From the NCBI GenBank assembly GCA_963706325.1, contig CAVPLT010000006.1:1-64000 (forward strand): DNA of 64,000 bases, given 5' to 3'. Positions 53,082 through 63,889 of the stretch are shown piece after piece. How positions within the stretch are numbered: position 1 is the first letter of the stretch; every line of letters starts with the position of its first letter. Both the position numbers and the translations under genes were made by a program. Under the pieces are notes generated by a model. It saw only the letters and a program-made list of their open reading frames with translations. It had not been told where the DNA came from and did not search any database. Origin of the DNA: an uncultured Nitrospiraceae bacterium. GTDB taxonomy: Bacteria; Nitrospirota; Nitrospiria; Nitrospirales; Nitrospiraceae.

Positions 53082-53135
53082 AGACTAGACGAACCTCGTT
53101 GCAGGACGGTTAGGAGAGGGTAACTTTTCTGTTAC
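53082..53135 (-). promoter_or_regulatory. Pho-box-like promoter of the CBS gene
   Basis: GTAACA-5-GTTACC-5-CTAACC-5-GCAACG-9-TAGTCT. Confidence 0.7.
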
Positions 53136-53184
53136 GTATCTAGTCCGAGCTGTGATGAGGCAAAGCACCAGGAACGATAGGGGC

Positions 53185-53212
53185 GCGGCACGGGCGAGAT
53201 GGCCCGTGCCGC
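53185..53212 (-). terminator. GC-rich hairpin downstream of the Pal-like gene
   Basis: 11-bp stem GCGGCACGGGC/GCCCGTGCCGC with 6-nt loop; no clear U-tract. Confidence 0.45.
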
Positions 53213-53237
53213 AGCACTCGGGGAGGACCGAAGCAGA

Positions 53238-53813
53238 CTAGTCTTTTACGAGGAAATGCACACTGCGATTTTTTTGCCAGCAGACAGGGTTATGTTGTAG
53301 GCACAATGGACGATCCTTGCCGTAACTCGTGACATCCACCTGCAGTTTGCTGAACCCCAACGATTCGAGATACCGTTTCACTGAGAGGGCCCGCCGTTCT
53401 CCCAGCACAAGATTGTATTCCGCGGTGCCGATTTCGTCACAGCGACCTTCCAAGACCACCCTGGTTACCTGATGATCTTTCAGCCGTTTGGCATTATCCT
53501 CGACCGCCGTGAGGGCGTCGTCTCGTAACACGTATTGATCGAAATCAAACAGCACGTCGGGAAAGGGAATATTCTGCTGTCCCGTAGCATTGCGAGCGGC
53601 CATCTCAGTAGATCGGAGAGGGATTGGAGCTGCCTCAGCAGACGGAGCCGTTTCTTGCACCGGCGCCGCAACAATGCGCTCTTCCACGCGCGGCTTGGGC
53701 ACCGTCGCAGTGTTCCCTCCGCTGGTTCCTGATTTGCTTGCACAGCCGTCAAGCAGCACAGGCCCGGCGACGGCAAGGAGTCCGAGCAGGACACAGGGGC
53801 GCAAACGAATCAT
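53238..53813 (-). CDS. pal: Pal/OmpA-family peptidoglycan-associated lipoprotein
   Basis: Lipobox LDGC; FDFD; EGRCDEIGTAEYNLVLGERRA; SYGK..P; NR. Confidence 0.82.
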   Translation of the reverse strand: MIRLRPCVLLGLLAVAGPVLLDGCASKSGTSGGNTATVPKPRVEERIVAAPVQETAPSAEAAPIPLRSTEMAARNATGQQNIPFPDVLFDFDQYVLRDDALTAVEDNAKRLKDHQVTRVVLEGRCDEIGTAEYNLVLGERRALSVKRYLESLGFSKLQVDVTSYGKDRPLCLQHNPVCWQKNRSVHFLVKD

Positions 53814-53887
53814 GAAGACCTCCAAGGGAAAGTGGGGTTCGTGGATTCTACGGGCCCAGAATAATCAAATCGTAGGAACGAGGCAAG

Positions 53888-56800
53888 TTACTTCTTCGCG
53901 GCGCACAACTCGTAGATCGATCGAGGATTCGGCAAAGGGTCCCAACGCAGGATCTCCAGCGCATCATTCACGTAGGTTGGTGACCGCATCCCATTCAGTA
54001 CGGAAGTGACGCCTGACGTACTGGCAAGAATCCACAGCGCTTTTTGTGACAATGATACTTTTCGCCTTCCTTCAGGCAGCAAGGGATTCAATGTCCGATG
54101 TAACTCGTCGGCGCGCAGCCGGCTTCGCTCGGCGGCTTCCCACTGCAATGCCTTTAGAAGGGCCAACAGTTCCGGCACATAACGATCACGCCAAGACTCC
54201 CACTGTTCAGCCACGGTTCCGGTGAAGGCTTCGGAGAGTGCCCTCATGACCTGATTGACGTGGGGCGCGATCATCTGTTGCTCGATCTGTTCCCAATGTT
54301 CCAATCCTTGTACCTGCGTGCGGATTCGGCCTAGCTCCTCAGCCCATCGAAAGAAGTCGCTCGGCACCATGCCCTGCCCGCTATGGGCCACCGCCGGCGC
54401 GAGGTCCTTCCGATATTCCTCCTCCAATCGCGCGACCTTCTGCTGCTGCGCATCGAATTCTACTTCCAGTGACTGCGCGGGCACATCTGCCAGACGCACG
54501 ACGCCCCCTCGTTGCGAGGGCATGGCGTTCAGCGGGCGATTGACTAGCACCGCGATGCCTTCATGCACGGCTTCTTCCAGCAGCGTACGGCCTTGGCCAG
54601 GACCGGTGTTGCGCATGAGGGCGGCGCCGGATTCGTACAGATTCATGGGGCATTGCAACAGGGTAAAGTGATGCGTAGGACTTGCCACTTTCTTGGCAGC
54701 CTCCTGGGCCGCGGCGACCATGCGCGACAACGACGTGGCGCCAGAATCCTCCGGAGCTGCGGTGGACGTATTCGACGACACCCCATAGGCTCGAATTCGG
54801 CCGGCATGCACCTGTGTCTCGCAATACTCAAAGGCTAGCTGGAGACGCGCATAGAATTGCCCGCGCAACGCATTTAGATCAGGCGCGTCCGCGCTGCCGA
54901 GACGGGTGGCGTGCGAGAGAAAATATTCCGGATTGTGGAGCAGGCACACATCCAAGGTGGCCAGCCCCAGCCGATCCAGCGATTGCGTCAGTTGGTCGGC
55001 TAAAAAGTCAGGGTGGATGCAATGCCAAATGTCCTCCCCATATTTCACCATATCCGGATAGGGCTTGCCGGATTTTTCACGGGCTTGTGCCTGAGTGAGA
55101 TTCTGGCCTTGCACATAACCAATCTTCGACACGACAATGACTTCCTCGCGGGCTATCTCGCCGGTCCTGATCATCTCTTGCAGCACCGTCCCCACGAGTT
55201 GCTCGCTCTCACCGTCCATATAATTGGTCGAGGTGTCGATCAGGTTACAGCCCATGCGCAGCGCTTTGATCAACGCTTCGCGCTGTTCGGCTTCACCTTG
55301 TCCCACTCGATAGGTGCCGAATCCAAGGCGGCTCACCGTGAGACCAGTCGCGCCCAATACACCGAAACCTTTTGCGAGAGAACCGGTCGCCGATGTCTCA
55401 TGAATCTTTCGCGCCGCATAGGCTGCTGTGCCCTGGATGGTGGCTGCGCCAGGTAACAACGTTCCACCTAACACCTTTTGCTCCGAGACGGTCGGTGAAG
55501 AGGATCCGGGTTCCTGAGGAGTGAGGAGGGCAGGGAGGGCCGCCGGATCGGTGATCGGCTGTCGACAGGCGAAGTTGCGACACACGTAGAGCGCCGCTTT
55601 ACCGCCCACCAAGGTTTTACCTTGCAATAAGGGATGGGTAGTCTCGGTGTGCGACGGAATGCGGTGCGCCAGCATACGATTGGGAAGATAGAAGCGACCC
55701 ACCGCGGCGCGCAAAGAGGCCGTGCCGGAATCATTGGGCGAGCCGATCAAGGCGATCTCCACCGGACCGCTTATCAGCAGATCCACCACCAGAAGGCTTT
55801 TGGCAAACGCTCTGGGATATCGCGCAATCTGTCTGCCATAGGCTCGAACGGCTGCAGTGGCTGATTGACGGAAGTCATCGCGGTCGAAGTGGTAGGAGAG
55901 TCTGGCCAAAACCGAGGCGGCCACCGCGTTCCCGCTCGGCGTGGCTCCGTCCGGCCCTTCGCGGCTGCGCATAATCAAGGATTCGTGGCCGCTGGCCGTG
56001 GTGAAGAACCCGCCATGCTTGTCGTCCGCAAAATCCGCTAACATCCGCTCGGACAGTCGGACAGCCGCCAGTACATAACGCTCATCGCCGCCGGCTTCAT
56101 AGGTCTCGATCAAACCCTCGGCGAAATACGCATAGTCTTCGAGATAGGCATCCAGATGGGCCGTGCCTGCCCGATAGGTCCGCAGGAGCCGACCGTCCGG
56201 TTTCGAAAGTCTGCCGAGAAGGAAATCCGAGGCGCGCTGGGCCGCATCACGGTACCGAGACATGTCAAACACACGTCCGGCTTCCGCCATGGCGCAGATC
56301 ATCATCCCGTTCCATGCCGTAATAACCTTATCGTCAAGACCGGGAGGAACTCGTTTAGCGCGCGCGGCATAGACCATCGGCTTGACCCGGGCAATGGTCT
56401 CTTGCAACTCGTCGACCGTGATCCCTAGTTCCTTGGCAACGGCCTCGATGGGCTTGGGCGTATGCAACACATTCTGGTGTTCCCAGTTTCCGGCCGGCGT
56501 GACATCGTAATAGGCGCAGAAGCGACGCGCGTCTTCATCGGTTTGAACGGCCGCGCGGATTTCCTCGGGAGACCAGACGAAGAACTTTCCTTCGACTCCT
56601 TCGGAGTCGGCATCCGTTGCGGAGTAAAACCCTCCTTCAGGCGACGTCATTTCACTCAGGATGTAATCCAATGTCTCGCAGGCCACACGACGATAATTCG
56701 GCTCACCGGTGATCTGAAAGGCTTCGACATACACACGAGCCAACAATGCATTGTCGTACAGCATCTTCTCAAAATGCGGCACGAGCCAGCGTTCGTCGGT

Positions 56801-57586
56801 AGAGTAGCGCGCAAAACCGCCCCCGACGTGATCATAGATGCCGCCGGCCGCCATGGCGTCCAACGTTTTCCGCACCATAGTGAGTGTGTGGGCATCTCTT
56901 GTGCGATGGTAGCAATGGAGCAACAACGACAGGCCTGTCGCGGGTGGAAACTTCGGCGCCCCGCCGAACCCGCCGTGCTTGGCATCGAAATCTTCCGCAA
57001 ATTGAGTGACGGCCGTATCGAGCTCCGCTTCACCGACCGTAGTCGGGGAGGGGGCATGAGCGCCATCCTGCAACCGGGCCGTCAGCGTCGCCGCTTGCGA
57101 CAGCACTCCCGCCTGGTCTTGCTCCCAATAGTCCGCAATCTTCTTCAAGAGGGTCGGAAACCCCGGTCGGCCCCAGCGATCTTCCGGGGGGAAATACGTG
57201 CCGGCAAAGAATGGTTTCTGATCCGGAGCGAGAAATACCGTCATGGGCCAACCGCCTTGATTGCGATTGAGCGCCAAGGTGGCCTGCATGTAAATCTCGT
57301 CAAGATCAGGCCGTTCTTCCCGATCGACCTTGATGCAGACGAAATGTTGATTCATCAGCTGGGCGATGGATTCATTTTCAAACGATTCTCGCTCCATCAC
57401 ATGGCACCAGTGACAGGAGGAATAACCAATGGACAGGAGAATAGGACGTTTGAGCAAGGCCGCCTGCGCGAGCGCCTCCGGCCCCCAGGGATACCAGTCA
57501 ACCGGGTTGTACGCATGTTGGAGAAGATAAGGACTGGTCTGATGAATGAGGCGATTCGGCCGGCGCTCTGCGATTGTATCTGTCAT
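53888..57586 (-). CDS. YyaL/DUF255 thioredoxin plus (alpha/alpha)6 protein fused to an aldo/keto reductase domain
   Basis: [43 protein letters not shown]; then GFGTYR, IDTSTNY, VVSKIG, LLHNPE. Confidence 0.88.
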   Translation of the reverse strand: MTDTIAERRPNRLIHQTSPYLLQHAYNPVDWYPWGPEALAQAALLKRPILLSIGYSSCHWCHVMERESFENESIAQLMNQHFVCIKVDREERPDLDEIYMQATLALNRNQGGWPMTVFLAPDQKPFFAGTYFPPEDRWGRPGFPTLLKKIADYWEQDQAGVLSQAATLTARLQDGAHAPSPTTVGEAELDTAVTQFAEDFDAKHGGFGGAPKFPPATGLSLLLHCYHRTRDAHTLTMVRKTLDAMAAGGIYDHVGGGFARYSTDERWLVPHFEKMLYDNALLARVYVEAFQITGEPNYRRVACETLDYILSEMTSPEGGFYSATDADSEGVEGKFFVWSPEEIRAAVQTDEDARRFCAYYDVTPAGNWEHQNVLHTPKPIEAVAKELGITVDELQETIARVKPMVYAARAKRVPPGLDDKVITAWNGMMICAMAEAGRVFDMSRYRDAAQRASDFLLGRLSKPDGRLLRTYRAGTAHLDAYLEDYAYFAEGLIETYEAGGDERYVLAAVRLSERMLADFADDKHGGFFTTASGHESLIMRSREGPDGATPSGNAVAASVLARLSYHFDRDDFRQSATAAVRAYGRQIARYPRAFAKSLLVVDLLISGPVEIALIGSPNDSGTASLRAAVGRFYLPNRMLAHRIPSHTETTHPLLQGKTLVGGKAALYVCRNFACRQPITDPAALPALLTPQEPGSSSPTVSEQKVLGGTLLPGAATIQGTAAYAARKIHETSATGSLAKGFGVLGATGLTVSRLGFGTYRVGQGEAEQREALIKALRMGCNLIDTSTNYMDGESEQLVGTVLQEMIRTGEIAREEVIVVSKIGYVQGQNLTQAQAREKSGKPYPDMVKYGEDIWHCIHPDFLADQLTQSLDRLGLATLDVCLLHNPEYFLSHATRLGSADAPDLNALRGQFYARLQLAFEYCETQVHAGRIRAYGVSSNTSTAAPEDSGATSLSRMVAAAQEAAKKVASPTHHFTLLQCPMNLYESGAALMRNTGPGQGRTLLEEAVHEGIAVLVNRPLNAMPSQRGGVVRLADVPAQSLEVEFDAQQQKVARLEEEYRKDLAPAVAHSGQGMVPSDFFRWAEELGRIRTQVQGLEHWEQIEQQMIAPHVNQVMRALSEAFTGTVAEQWESWRDRYVPELLALLKALQWEAAERSRLRADELHRTLNPLLPEGRRKVSLSQKALWILASTSGVTSVLNGMRSPTYVNDALEILRWDPLPNPRSIYELCAAKK

Positions 57587-57824
57587 ACGCGAACCGTAGC
57601 ACGCGTCGAGCAAATGGGTCAATGAAACAGGATGGCGCAGCCACGAAGGGTCGGATCAGAGATAAAATCGCCTCGCGCCGGCCTCAGCACTCGCGAGCCA
57701 ATCTGAAAACTACGAAACAACGTCGGCCCCAGCGAGCCCCCGCTGATTCCTCATGCGCGAGCCTCTCCACCTCAACGGCTGTGATAGAATTTTAGAACGC
57801 CCTCACCGCTGGGGATCACAGACC

Positions 57825-59267
57825 ATGACGACTGACGACATCGGCCCCTATTCAAACTACCGCCTGACTGTCCGCCTCGCGCTCCTTAACAAGCCAGGCA
57901 TCTTCGCTAAGGTCGCGGCCCTGCTGGCGGAGGAAGGGGCAAACCTCGGCGCAGTGGACATCGTGTCGGCCAATGCCGAACGCATGATCCGCGACATCAC
58001 GTTTGACGTGCACAACGACACCCACGGCGAGCGGGTCCTCGAACGTTTGGAAAGCCTCCCGGAAGTGAATGTACTGTCCGCGTCCGACCGGATTTTCTTA
58101 CTCCACCTAGGCGGAAAAATCAGGGTTCAGAGCAAGGTGCCGGTCAATACACGCAATGTGCTCTCCATGATCTATACACCCGGGGTCGGCCGCGTCTGCC
58201 AGGCCATCGCCAAGGACCCGAGTAAGGCCTATGCCTTCACCATCAAGAGCAACAGTGTGGCGGTCGTCACCGACGGCTCCGCCGTGCTCGGACTGGGCAA
58301 CCTCGGGCCCGCGGCAGCACTACCGGTGATGGAAGGCAAGGTCATGCTCTTCAAAGAGTTGGCCGGCATTGATGCCTGGCCGATCTGCGTCGCCACCCAA
58401 GATGCGGGAGAAATCATTCGCGTCGTCCGCGGCATCGCCCCCGGTTTTGGAGGCATCAATTTGGAGGATATCAGCGCGCCGCGCTGTTTCGAGATTGAAC
58501 GGGCGCTCAAAGCGTCGCTTGACATTCCCGTCATGCACGACGACCAGCACGGCACGGCTGTGGTGTTGCTGGCCGCGCTGACGAACGCACTGAAGGTCGT
58601 GGGCAAGCAGATGGATGACGTCCGCATTGTGGTGAACGGCCTTGGCGCAGCCGGAACCGCCTGTTGCCGTATTCTGCTCGCAGCGGGCGCCTGTCATCTT
58701 GTCGGGTGCGATAAGGAAGGGATCGTTTTGATGGGGGAGGCCGAGGAGCTGCGCGCCTGCCGTACCGATCTGCAGGCTTGTATCCGACGAGACCACCCAC
58801 GCGGAACCTTGCGCGACGCCTTAAAGGGAGCCGACGTATTTATCGGTCTCTCCGTAGGCAATGTACTGGTCAAAGCAGATCTCGAGCGCATGAATCAGGA
58901 TCGCATCGTCTTCGCCATGGCCAACCCCGACCCGGAGATCGATCCCAAGGTCGGTGACGAAGCCTCGAGAATTTTTGCCACCGGTCGTTCGGACTTCCCC
59001 AACCAGATCAATAATGCGTTGGCGTTTCCGGGAATTTTTCGCGGGGCGCTTGATGTCCAAGCCTGCGAGATCAACGAGGCCATGAAGCTGGCGGCGGCGC
59101 AGGCGATCGCCGAGTGCGTTCCGGCCGCGGCCCTTTCAGAAGACTACATCATTCCCAGCCTGTTCGATCGGGACGTCGTGCCGCGCGTGGCAAAGGCTGT
59201 CGCGGCTGCGGCACGCGCCACGGGCGTTGCAAGACGCCGCACCAAAATCGACGACGAGCTGCACTAG
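57825..59267 (+). CDS. NAD(P)-dependent malic enzyme with N-terminal ACT domain
   Basis: ACT NKPG; YTPGV, DGSAVLGLG, PVMEGK, HDDQHGT, GLGAAG, NQINN..AFPG. Confidence 0.92.
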   Translation: MTTDDIGPYSNYRLTVRLALLNKPGIFAKVAALLAEEGANLGAVDIVSANAERMIRDITFDVHNDTHGERVLERLESLPEVNVLSASDRIFLLHLGGKIRVQSKVPVNTRNVLSMIYTPGVGRVCQAIAKDPSKAYAFTIKSNSVAVVTDGSAVLGLGNLGPAAALPVMEGKVMLFKELAGIDAWPICVATQDAGEIIRVVRGIAPGFGGINLEDISAPRCFEIERALKASLDIPVMHDDQHGTAVVLLAALTNALKVVGKQMDDVRIVVNGLGAAGTACCRILLAAGACHLVGCDKEGIVLMGEAEELRACRTDLQACIRRDHPRGTLRDALKGADVFIGLSVGNVLVKADLERMNQDRIVFAMANPDPEIDPKVGDEASRIFATGRSDFPNQINNALAFPGIFRGALDVQACEINEAMKLAAAQAIAECVPAAALSEDYIIPSLFDRDVVPRVAKAVAAAARATGVARRRTKIDDELH

Positions 59268-59408
59268 TCAAATTCCGCACTCCTTTCCCGTTGTTTCGCT
59301 TTCCCGCTTGGCCAACTGTGTGCGGGCCATGTAGAGTGGGCAGGATTCTCACGCTCAAGTCGGCGTTCAAGGACAGGAATCAAGGTCAGCGATAGTACGG
59401 GCAATCGG

Positions 59409-60668
59409 GTGACGCCAACAACCATCCAAGTAATCGGCGCAGCACTCTTAGCCGTCGCCATTCTGCATACCTTCGCCACCTCGTTCTTTGAACATGTGGC
59501 ACATACCCGACCGGCGCATGCGGGACTTTGGCGTCTTTTAGGAGAAGTCGAGGTGGTCTTTGGCTTTTGGGCTTGTGTGCTCGTAGCTGTCATGTTCATG
59601 ACCGATGGCGCCGCAGCCGCCATGCAGTACCTTGACTCACGCACCTTCACTGAACCGATGTTCGTGTTTGCCATCATGGTGATAGCCGGCACGCGTCCGG
59701 TGTTGCAGACCGCCATGGCCGGAGTGCGACTCCTCAGCCAGGCTATGCCGATGCCGGCGAACATGGGATTTTATTGTACGGTTCTGGCCTTGATTCCATT
59801 GCTGGGCTCGTTCATTACAGAGCCTGCCGCCATGACATTGGCCGCTCTGATTCTGCGCGACCGATTTTTCCAACAGGGACTGTCCTCGCGCCTGAAATAT
59901 GGGACAGTCGGCGTACTCCTCGTGAACATTTCTATCGGCGGCACACTTACCCCATTTGCCGCGCCACCCGTATTAATGGTGGCGTCAACCTGGGGATGGG
60001 ACCTGAATTTCATGATGCTCACGTTTGGATGGAAGGCCGCATTGGCCGTTGTGGTGAACGCCGCCGTCGGGACGATGCTGTTCCGTAAGGAGCTGTCCAC
60101 GCTTGCCGTGAACGGTCCCGATCTGCGTAGCGACACTGTCCCTCTGCCCATGATTGGGATTCATCTGGCATTGCTTGCCGCAGTGGTCATCTTCGCCCAT
60201 CATCCTGTGATGTTTATGGGCCTGTTCCTCCTTTTCCTTGGCATCGCTCAGGCCTATGAGCGCTTTCAGGATCGGTTGATCCTTCGCGAAGGCCTGCTGG
60301 TCGCATTTTTTCTGGCGGGCCTGGTTGTCTTGGGTGGAATGCAACAATGGTGGCTTCAGCCGCTCCTCATGGGTCTGCGCGATGAAGGGGTGTTCTTCGG
60401 CGCAGCAATCCTCACGGCCTTTACGGACAATGCCGCGTTAACCTATCTTGGATCGCTGGTCGAAGGATTATCCGAAGGGTTTAAATATGCGTTGGTCGCG
60501 GGCGCGGTCACGGGCGGCGGGTTGACCATCATCGCCAATGCGCCGAATCCGGCTGGGATCGCGATCCTTCGAGGTCATTTCGAGGACGAAACCATCCATC
60601 CGGTCGGATTATTTCTCGCCGCCTTTCCACCGACCATTGTGGCAGTCATTGCATTCTGGTACTTGTGA
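59409..60668 (+). CDS. Putative Na+/H+ antiporter (DUF1504 family)
   Basis: LLGEVEVVFGFW, GSFITEPAAMT, NISIGGTLT.FAAPP, TDNAALTYL, ANAPNPAG. Confidence 0.85.
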   Translation: MTPTTIQVIGAALLAVAILHTFATSFFEHVAHTRPAHAGLWRLLGEVEVVFGFWACVLVAVMFMTDGAAAAMQYLDSRTFTEPMFVFAIMVIAGTRPVLQTAMAGVRLLSQAMPMPANMGFYCTVLALIPLLGSFITEPAAMTLAALILRDRFFQQGLSSRLKYGTVGVLLVNISIGGTLTPFAAPPVLMVASTWGWDLNFMMLTFGWKAALAVVVNAAVGTMLFRKELSTLAVNGPDLRSDTVPLPMIGIHLALLAAVVIFAHHPVMFMGLFLLFLGIAQAYERFQDRLILREGLLVAFFLAGLVVLGGMQQWWLQPLLMGLRDEGVFFGAAILTAFTDNAALTYLGSLVEGLSEGFKYALVAGAVTGGGLTIIANAPNPAGIAILRGHFEDETIHPVGLFLAAFPPTIVAVIAFWYL

Positions 60669-60797
60669 GCTATCGGCGAGGCTGCTCAGGCTTGGTAAGC
60701 AACTCTTATCGAAGTGCAAAGCCTTGTGCTAATATGCGACCAACCTGCCGCGAATCGCCGTCTGGATCGCGCTTAATCGAGGACCCATAGAGGATCC

Positions 60798-61427
60798 GTG
60801 GCCTTTTCAACCAATCGACTGTTCAAGTATCAGCGCGGCATGCGTCGACGAATCGGCATGCTCCGTGCCAAAAACGTGGACAGCATTGATTTTGCCGTCG
60901 ACTTCATGATGCAGGAGCGGGTCGACAGTTATTTCCGTGTCGAGCCAGGACTCGAAGAAGTCGAATTGTCTCTGCAGCAAATCGAAGAGGAATTGGAGCA
61001 GGTCCGGGATGTGTCAGGAGCCATTCGATTGGAATCCCGGCTGGAGTTCGTGGAAGATCGCTGGGATGAGCTTGACAGTGAAGTGCGGGAGCGGCCGCGG
61101 CGGCGGCGGCGGAAAATCAATCTCGCGGATTTCTTGAAAGCGGCAGGAGGCGAGGGAAGTTCCACCGGCGCAACCAACGAAGTCACCAATGCCTACGACG
61201 CCTACCAGATTCTGGGTCTTGAGTTCGGCACCCCGCTCGCCGATGTGACCACGTCCTTTCGCCAACGCGCCAAGGAACTGCACCCCGATTCCCGCAATGG
61301 AGATCGGAGTTCAGAACCGGAGCTCCGGCGGATTCTCGAAGCCTATCAGTTCTTGAAGGAATATTTGAGCTTAAGCAATACCGAACCGCCGATTTCGCGC
61401 GGCACGGAATATCGTCCTACCGAGTAA
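60798..61427 (+). CDS. J-domain protein (C-terminal J domain)
   Basis: AYQILGL..FRQRAKELHPD..EAYQFL. Confidence 0.82.
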   Translation: MAFSTNRLFKYQRGMRRRIGMLRAKNVDSIDFAVDFMMQERVDSYFRVEPGLEEVELSLQQIEEELEQVRDVSGAIRLESRLEFVEDRWDELDSEVRERPRRRRRKINLADFLKAAGGEGSSTGATNEVTNAYDAYQILGLEFGTPLADVTTSFRQRAKELHPDSRNGDRSSEPELRRILEAYQFLKEYLSLSNTEPPISRGTEYRPTE

Positions 61428-61430
61428 ACT

Positions 61431-62639
61431 ATGCCGACTGCGCAACCCGATCAGACTTTGATTACATCCGACGCATCACTGGAGGCTCTCTGCGACCGCC
61501 TTGAGGCCAGCTCGGTCATCGCCATCGATACTGAGTTCATGGGCGAAGAACACTTCACTCCACGCTTGGAATTGATCCAAGTCGCCGCAGAGGGCGTGGG
61601 GGCGGTTATCGACTTTCCCGCGGTGCAGGACACCACGCACATCGCACGCTTCTGGGAAATCCTCTGTGACAGCCGCATTGAAAAAGTGCTGCATGCAGGG
61701 CGCCAGGATCTTGAACTGTTCGCCCATCATGCGGAACGCTTGCCGAAACCTTTTTTTGATACTCAGATTGCGGCAGCCATGGTCGGCTATGGCGCGCAAA
61801 CCGCCTATGCCAACTTGGTACAGCGCGTCCAGGGCGTCAAACTCGACAAGGCCCATACGTTTACGAATTGGAGTCAGCGCCCTTTAAGCCACGAACAGCT
61901 GGTCTACGCCCTGGATGACGTGACCTACCTCCTTCCTATCCACAAGCATCTTCGTCAAAAACTGACCGTCATGGGTCGGCTGGATTGGGTGGATGAGGAG
62001 TTTTCGCGCCTGGAAGTCTCACTGGGGGCGCAAGCGCGCGACCCTCTGGAACGGTATCAGCGGATTCGCGGATGGGAGAGTCTCAAGCCCCGCGCCGCCG
62101 GTGTCCTGCGCGATCTTGCAGCCTGGCGGGAAGGGGAAGCCCGGCGGCGGAATGTGCCGAGGGGACGAGTCATGCGTGACGAAGTGCTGGTGCAGTTGGC
62201 CCGGCAGACGCCCCGCACGCTCGATCAGCTCCGTGGCATACGCGGCATGTATTCGTCTGAGGTGGAACGCAATGGTCAGGCTCTTCTCATGACCATGCAG
62301 CAGGCGTTGGCGCGACCCGAATCCGAATGGCCTGAGGTTCCCCGCGATCGAAAACCAGATCCTGAATCCACCGGCGTAATGGAGCTCCTTCAGTCCGTGT
62401 TAAAGTCCAGAGCCGCCGTGGAAAACATCGCTTCGACCTTGATCGCTACCACCGGCGACCTACAAGCTCTGGTCGAACGCACCTCGCCGGATCCAGAACT
62501 CGATATTCCGGTGTTACGCGGATGGCGCCGTCAGCTCGTGGGGGAAACGCTGCTCAGCGTCTTGGCAGGCGATTTGAAAGTGTGGATCGACCCGCAACTG
62601 GGCAAAGTTCGATTCGGTCGCCTCGATCGTCCTACGTAA
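61431..62639 (+). CDS. rnd: Ribonuclease D
   Basis: AIDTEF, HAGRQD, FDTQIAA, YALDDV, HRDC domain, LRGWR. Confidence 0.92.
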   Translation: MPTAQPDQTLITSDASLEALCDRLEASSVIAIDTEFMGEEHFTPRLELIQVAAEGVGAVIDFPAVQDTTHIARFWEILCDSRIEKVLHAGRQDLELFAHHAERLPKPFFDTQIAAAMVGYGAQTAYANLVQRVQGVKLDKAHTFTNWSQRPLSHEQLVYALDDVTYLLPIHKHLRQKLTVMGRLDWVDEEFSRLEVSLGAQARDPLERYQRIRGWESLKPRAAGVLRDLAAWREGEARRRNVPRGRVMRDEVLVQLARQTPRTLDQLRGIRGMYSSEVERNGQALLMTMQQALARPESEWPEVPRDRKPDPESTGVMELLQSVLKSRAAVENIASTLIATTGDLQALVERTSPDPELDIPVLRGWRRQLVGETLLSVLAGDLKVWIDPQLGKVRFGRLDRPT

Positions 62640-62687
62640 CCTCAGACGGCACCCTCTCCGCCCCTGCAGGGCGGCCACACAACCGGC

Positions 62688-62933
62688 TCAACGCCCGGCA
62701 TCGCGAGGAAATCCTGCTCGACGATAATTACGACGGTCTTTCCACAATCCCAGCAGGAGCGTGAGTAACGCCAGGCCGATTTCATCGGCCAACGGAATGA
62801 CGTCCGGAATGATGATGTCGGCCACGGTGAGCAGGGCGAAAATGACAAAGAGCGAAGGGAACCGCAGATTGAGTCGATTCAGTACACGCCCGACGAAAGA
62901 CACCCGATTCACAGAACTAAACGTAGGCCTCAA
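62688..62933 (-). CDS. Small membrane protein (DUF6116-like)
   Basis: LRFPSLF..AD..IPD.IPLADEI.L motif. Confidence 0.65.
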   Translation of the reverse strand: MRPTFSSVNRVSFVGRVLNRLNLRFPSLFVIFALLTVADIIIPDVIPLADEIGLALLTLLLGLWKDRRNYRRAGFPRDAGR

Positions 62934-62978
62934 CTCAATTCTCCATCCTTTTGCGCCGACACTCCAACCCCGCCGTCT

Positions 62979-63329
62979 TTATAGCAGCTTCCTGATCGTA
63001 TCGGCCGGTCTCGCCAACATGGCCAGGTCTCCTTTTTCCACGAGCGGGCGCTGAATCAAGTCCGGGTGCTTGATCATCAGATCGAGCAGTTCATCATCGC
63101 TCAGCTTGTCGTTCGCAAGCTTGAGGGACTTGTACAGATCTTCCTTGGTGCGCAGAACATCCCGTACCGCAAGCCCCGCCTTTCTGATGACCGATTTCAG
63201 GAGACTCTTGGTAAACGGCTGCTCATAATAATTGACGGCAGTAAACGGCTGTCCGCTTTCCCGCGCCAGACGAACCGCTTCACGACAGGTTGAGCAGGTG
63301 GGTTTTTGATAAATCGTGATTTCCGCCAT
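62979..63329 (-). CDS. ArsC/Spx/YffB-family thioredoxin-fold protein
   Basis: YQKPTCSTCR; HPDLIQRP. Confidence 0.85.
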   Translation of the reverse strand: MAEITIYQKPTCSTCREAVRLARESGQPFTAVNYYEQPFTKSLLKSVIRKAGLAVRDVLRTKEDLYKSLKLANDKLSDDELLDLMIKHPDLIQRPLVEKGDLAMLARPADTIRKLL

Positions 63330-63424
63330 ATCCCTCGTCTCTCCTTCCGCATAGGCTCCCTTGACGCAATTTTTTCACCTGTGTTACATCACTGCTTTAG
63401 CCATCAGCACAGAATCGATTCTCT

Positions 63425-63802
63425 ATGCCGACCTACGGAACCGACACCAGCGACCAGGCAGGAAAATTCTCTTGCGCCTCAACAGCTCAACGTACCTTGA
63501 AAGACCTGCGTACCAAACGCAAGGGGCAACCAGTCTTCGTGGTGGGTCACCGGCTGGATCGGAAGGGCAGGGAAGCTACGTTCGAGCTCTTCAACGACCG
63601 TCTGGCAATCATCCGTTTCGAGGACAATGCTCGGCTGGGCTACGATCCTCTGGAACTCTTGTTACCAACCGATATCGATGAGCAAGGAGTGGCATATTTC
63701 GAAATTCGCTCCTGCCGACTGTGTGAACAACTCTTCCCCCTCACGGCCGACGAATGCGACTCCGAACAAGAACCGACGTGCTGCCCGGACTGCGCCTCCT
63801 AA
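63425..63802 (+). CDS. Hypothetical protein with C-terminal CxxC..CxxC zinc ribbon
   Basis: CRLC..F.....E......CCPDC; start uncertain. Confidence 0.6.
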   Translation: MPTYGTDTSDQAGKFSCASTAQRTLKDLRTKRKGQPVFVVGHRLDRKGREATFELFNDRLAIIRFEDNARLGYDPLELLLPTDIDEQGVAYFEIRSCRLCEQLFPLTADECDSEQEPTCCPDCAS

Positions 63803-63889
63803 AATATAGTCTTTAATCCCCTCGATCCGGATGTCTTGGCAACGGGGAGCAGGATCCGTGGAGCGAAACCTGTACTTCCGACACCCCGA

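Noticed and set aside
56462..57625. 387-aa plus-strand ORF
   Set aside because: Antisense shadow of the YyaL domain.
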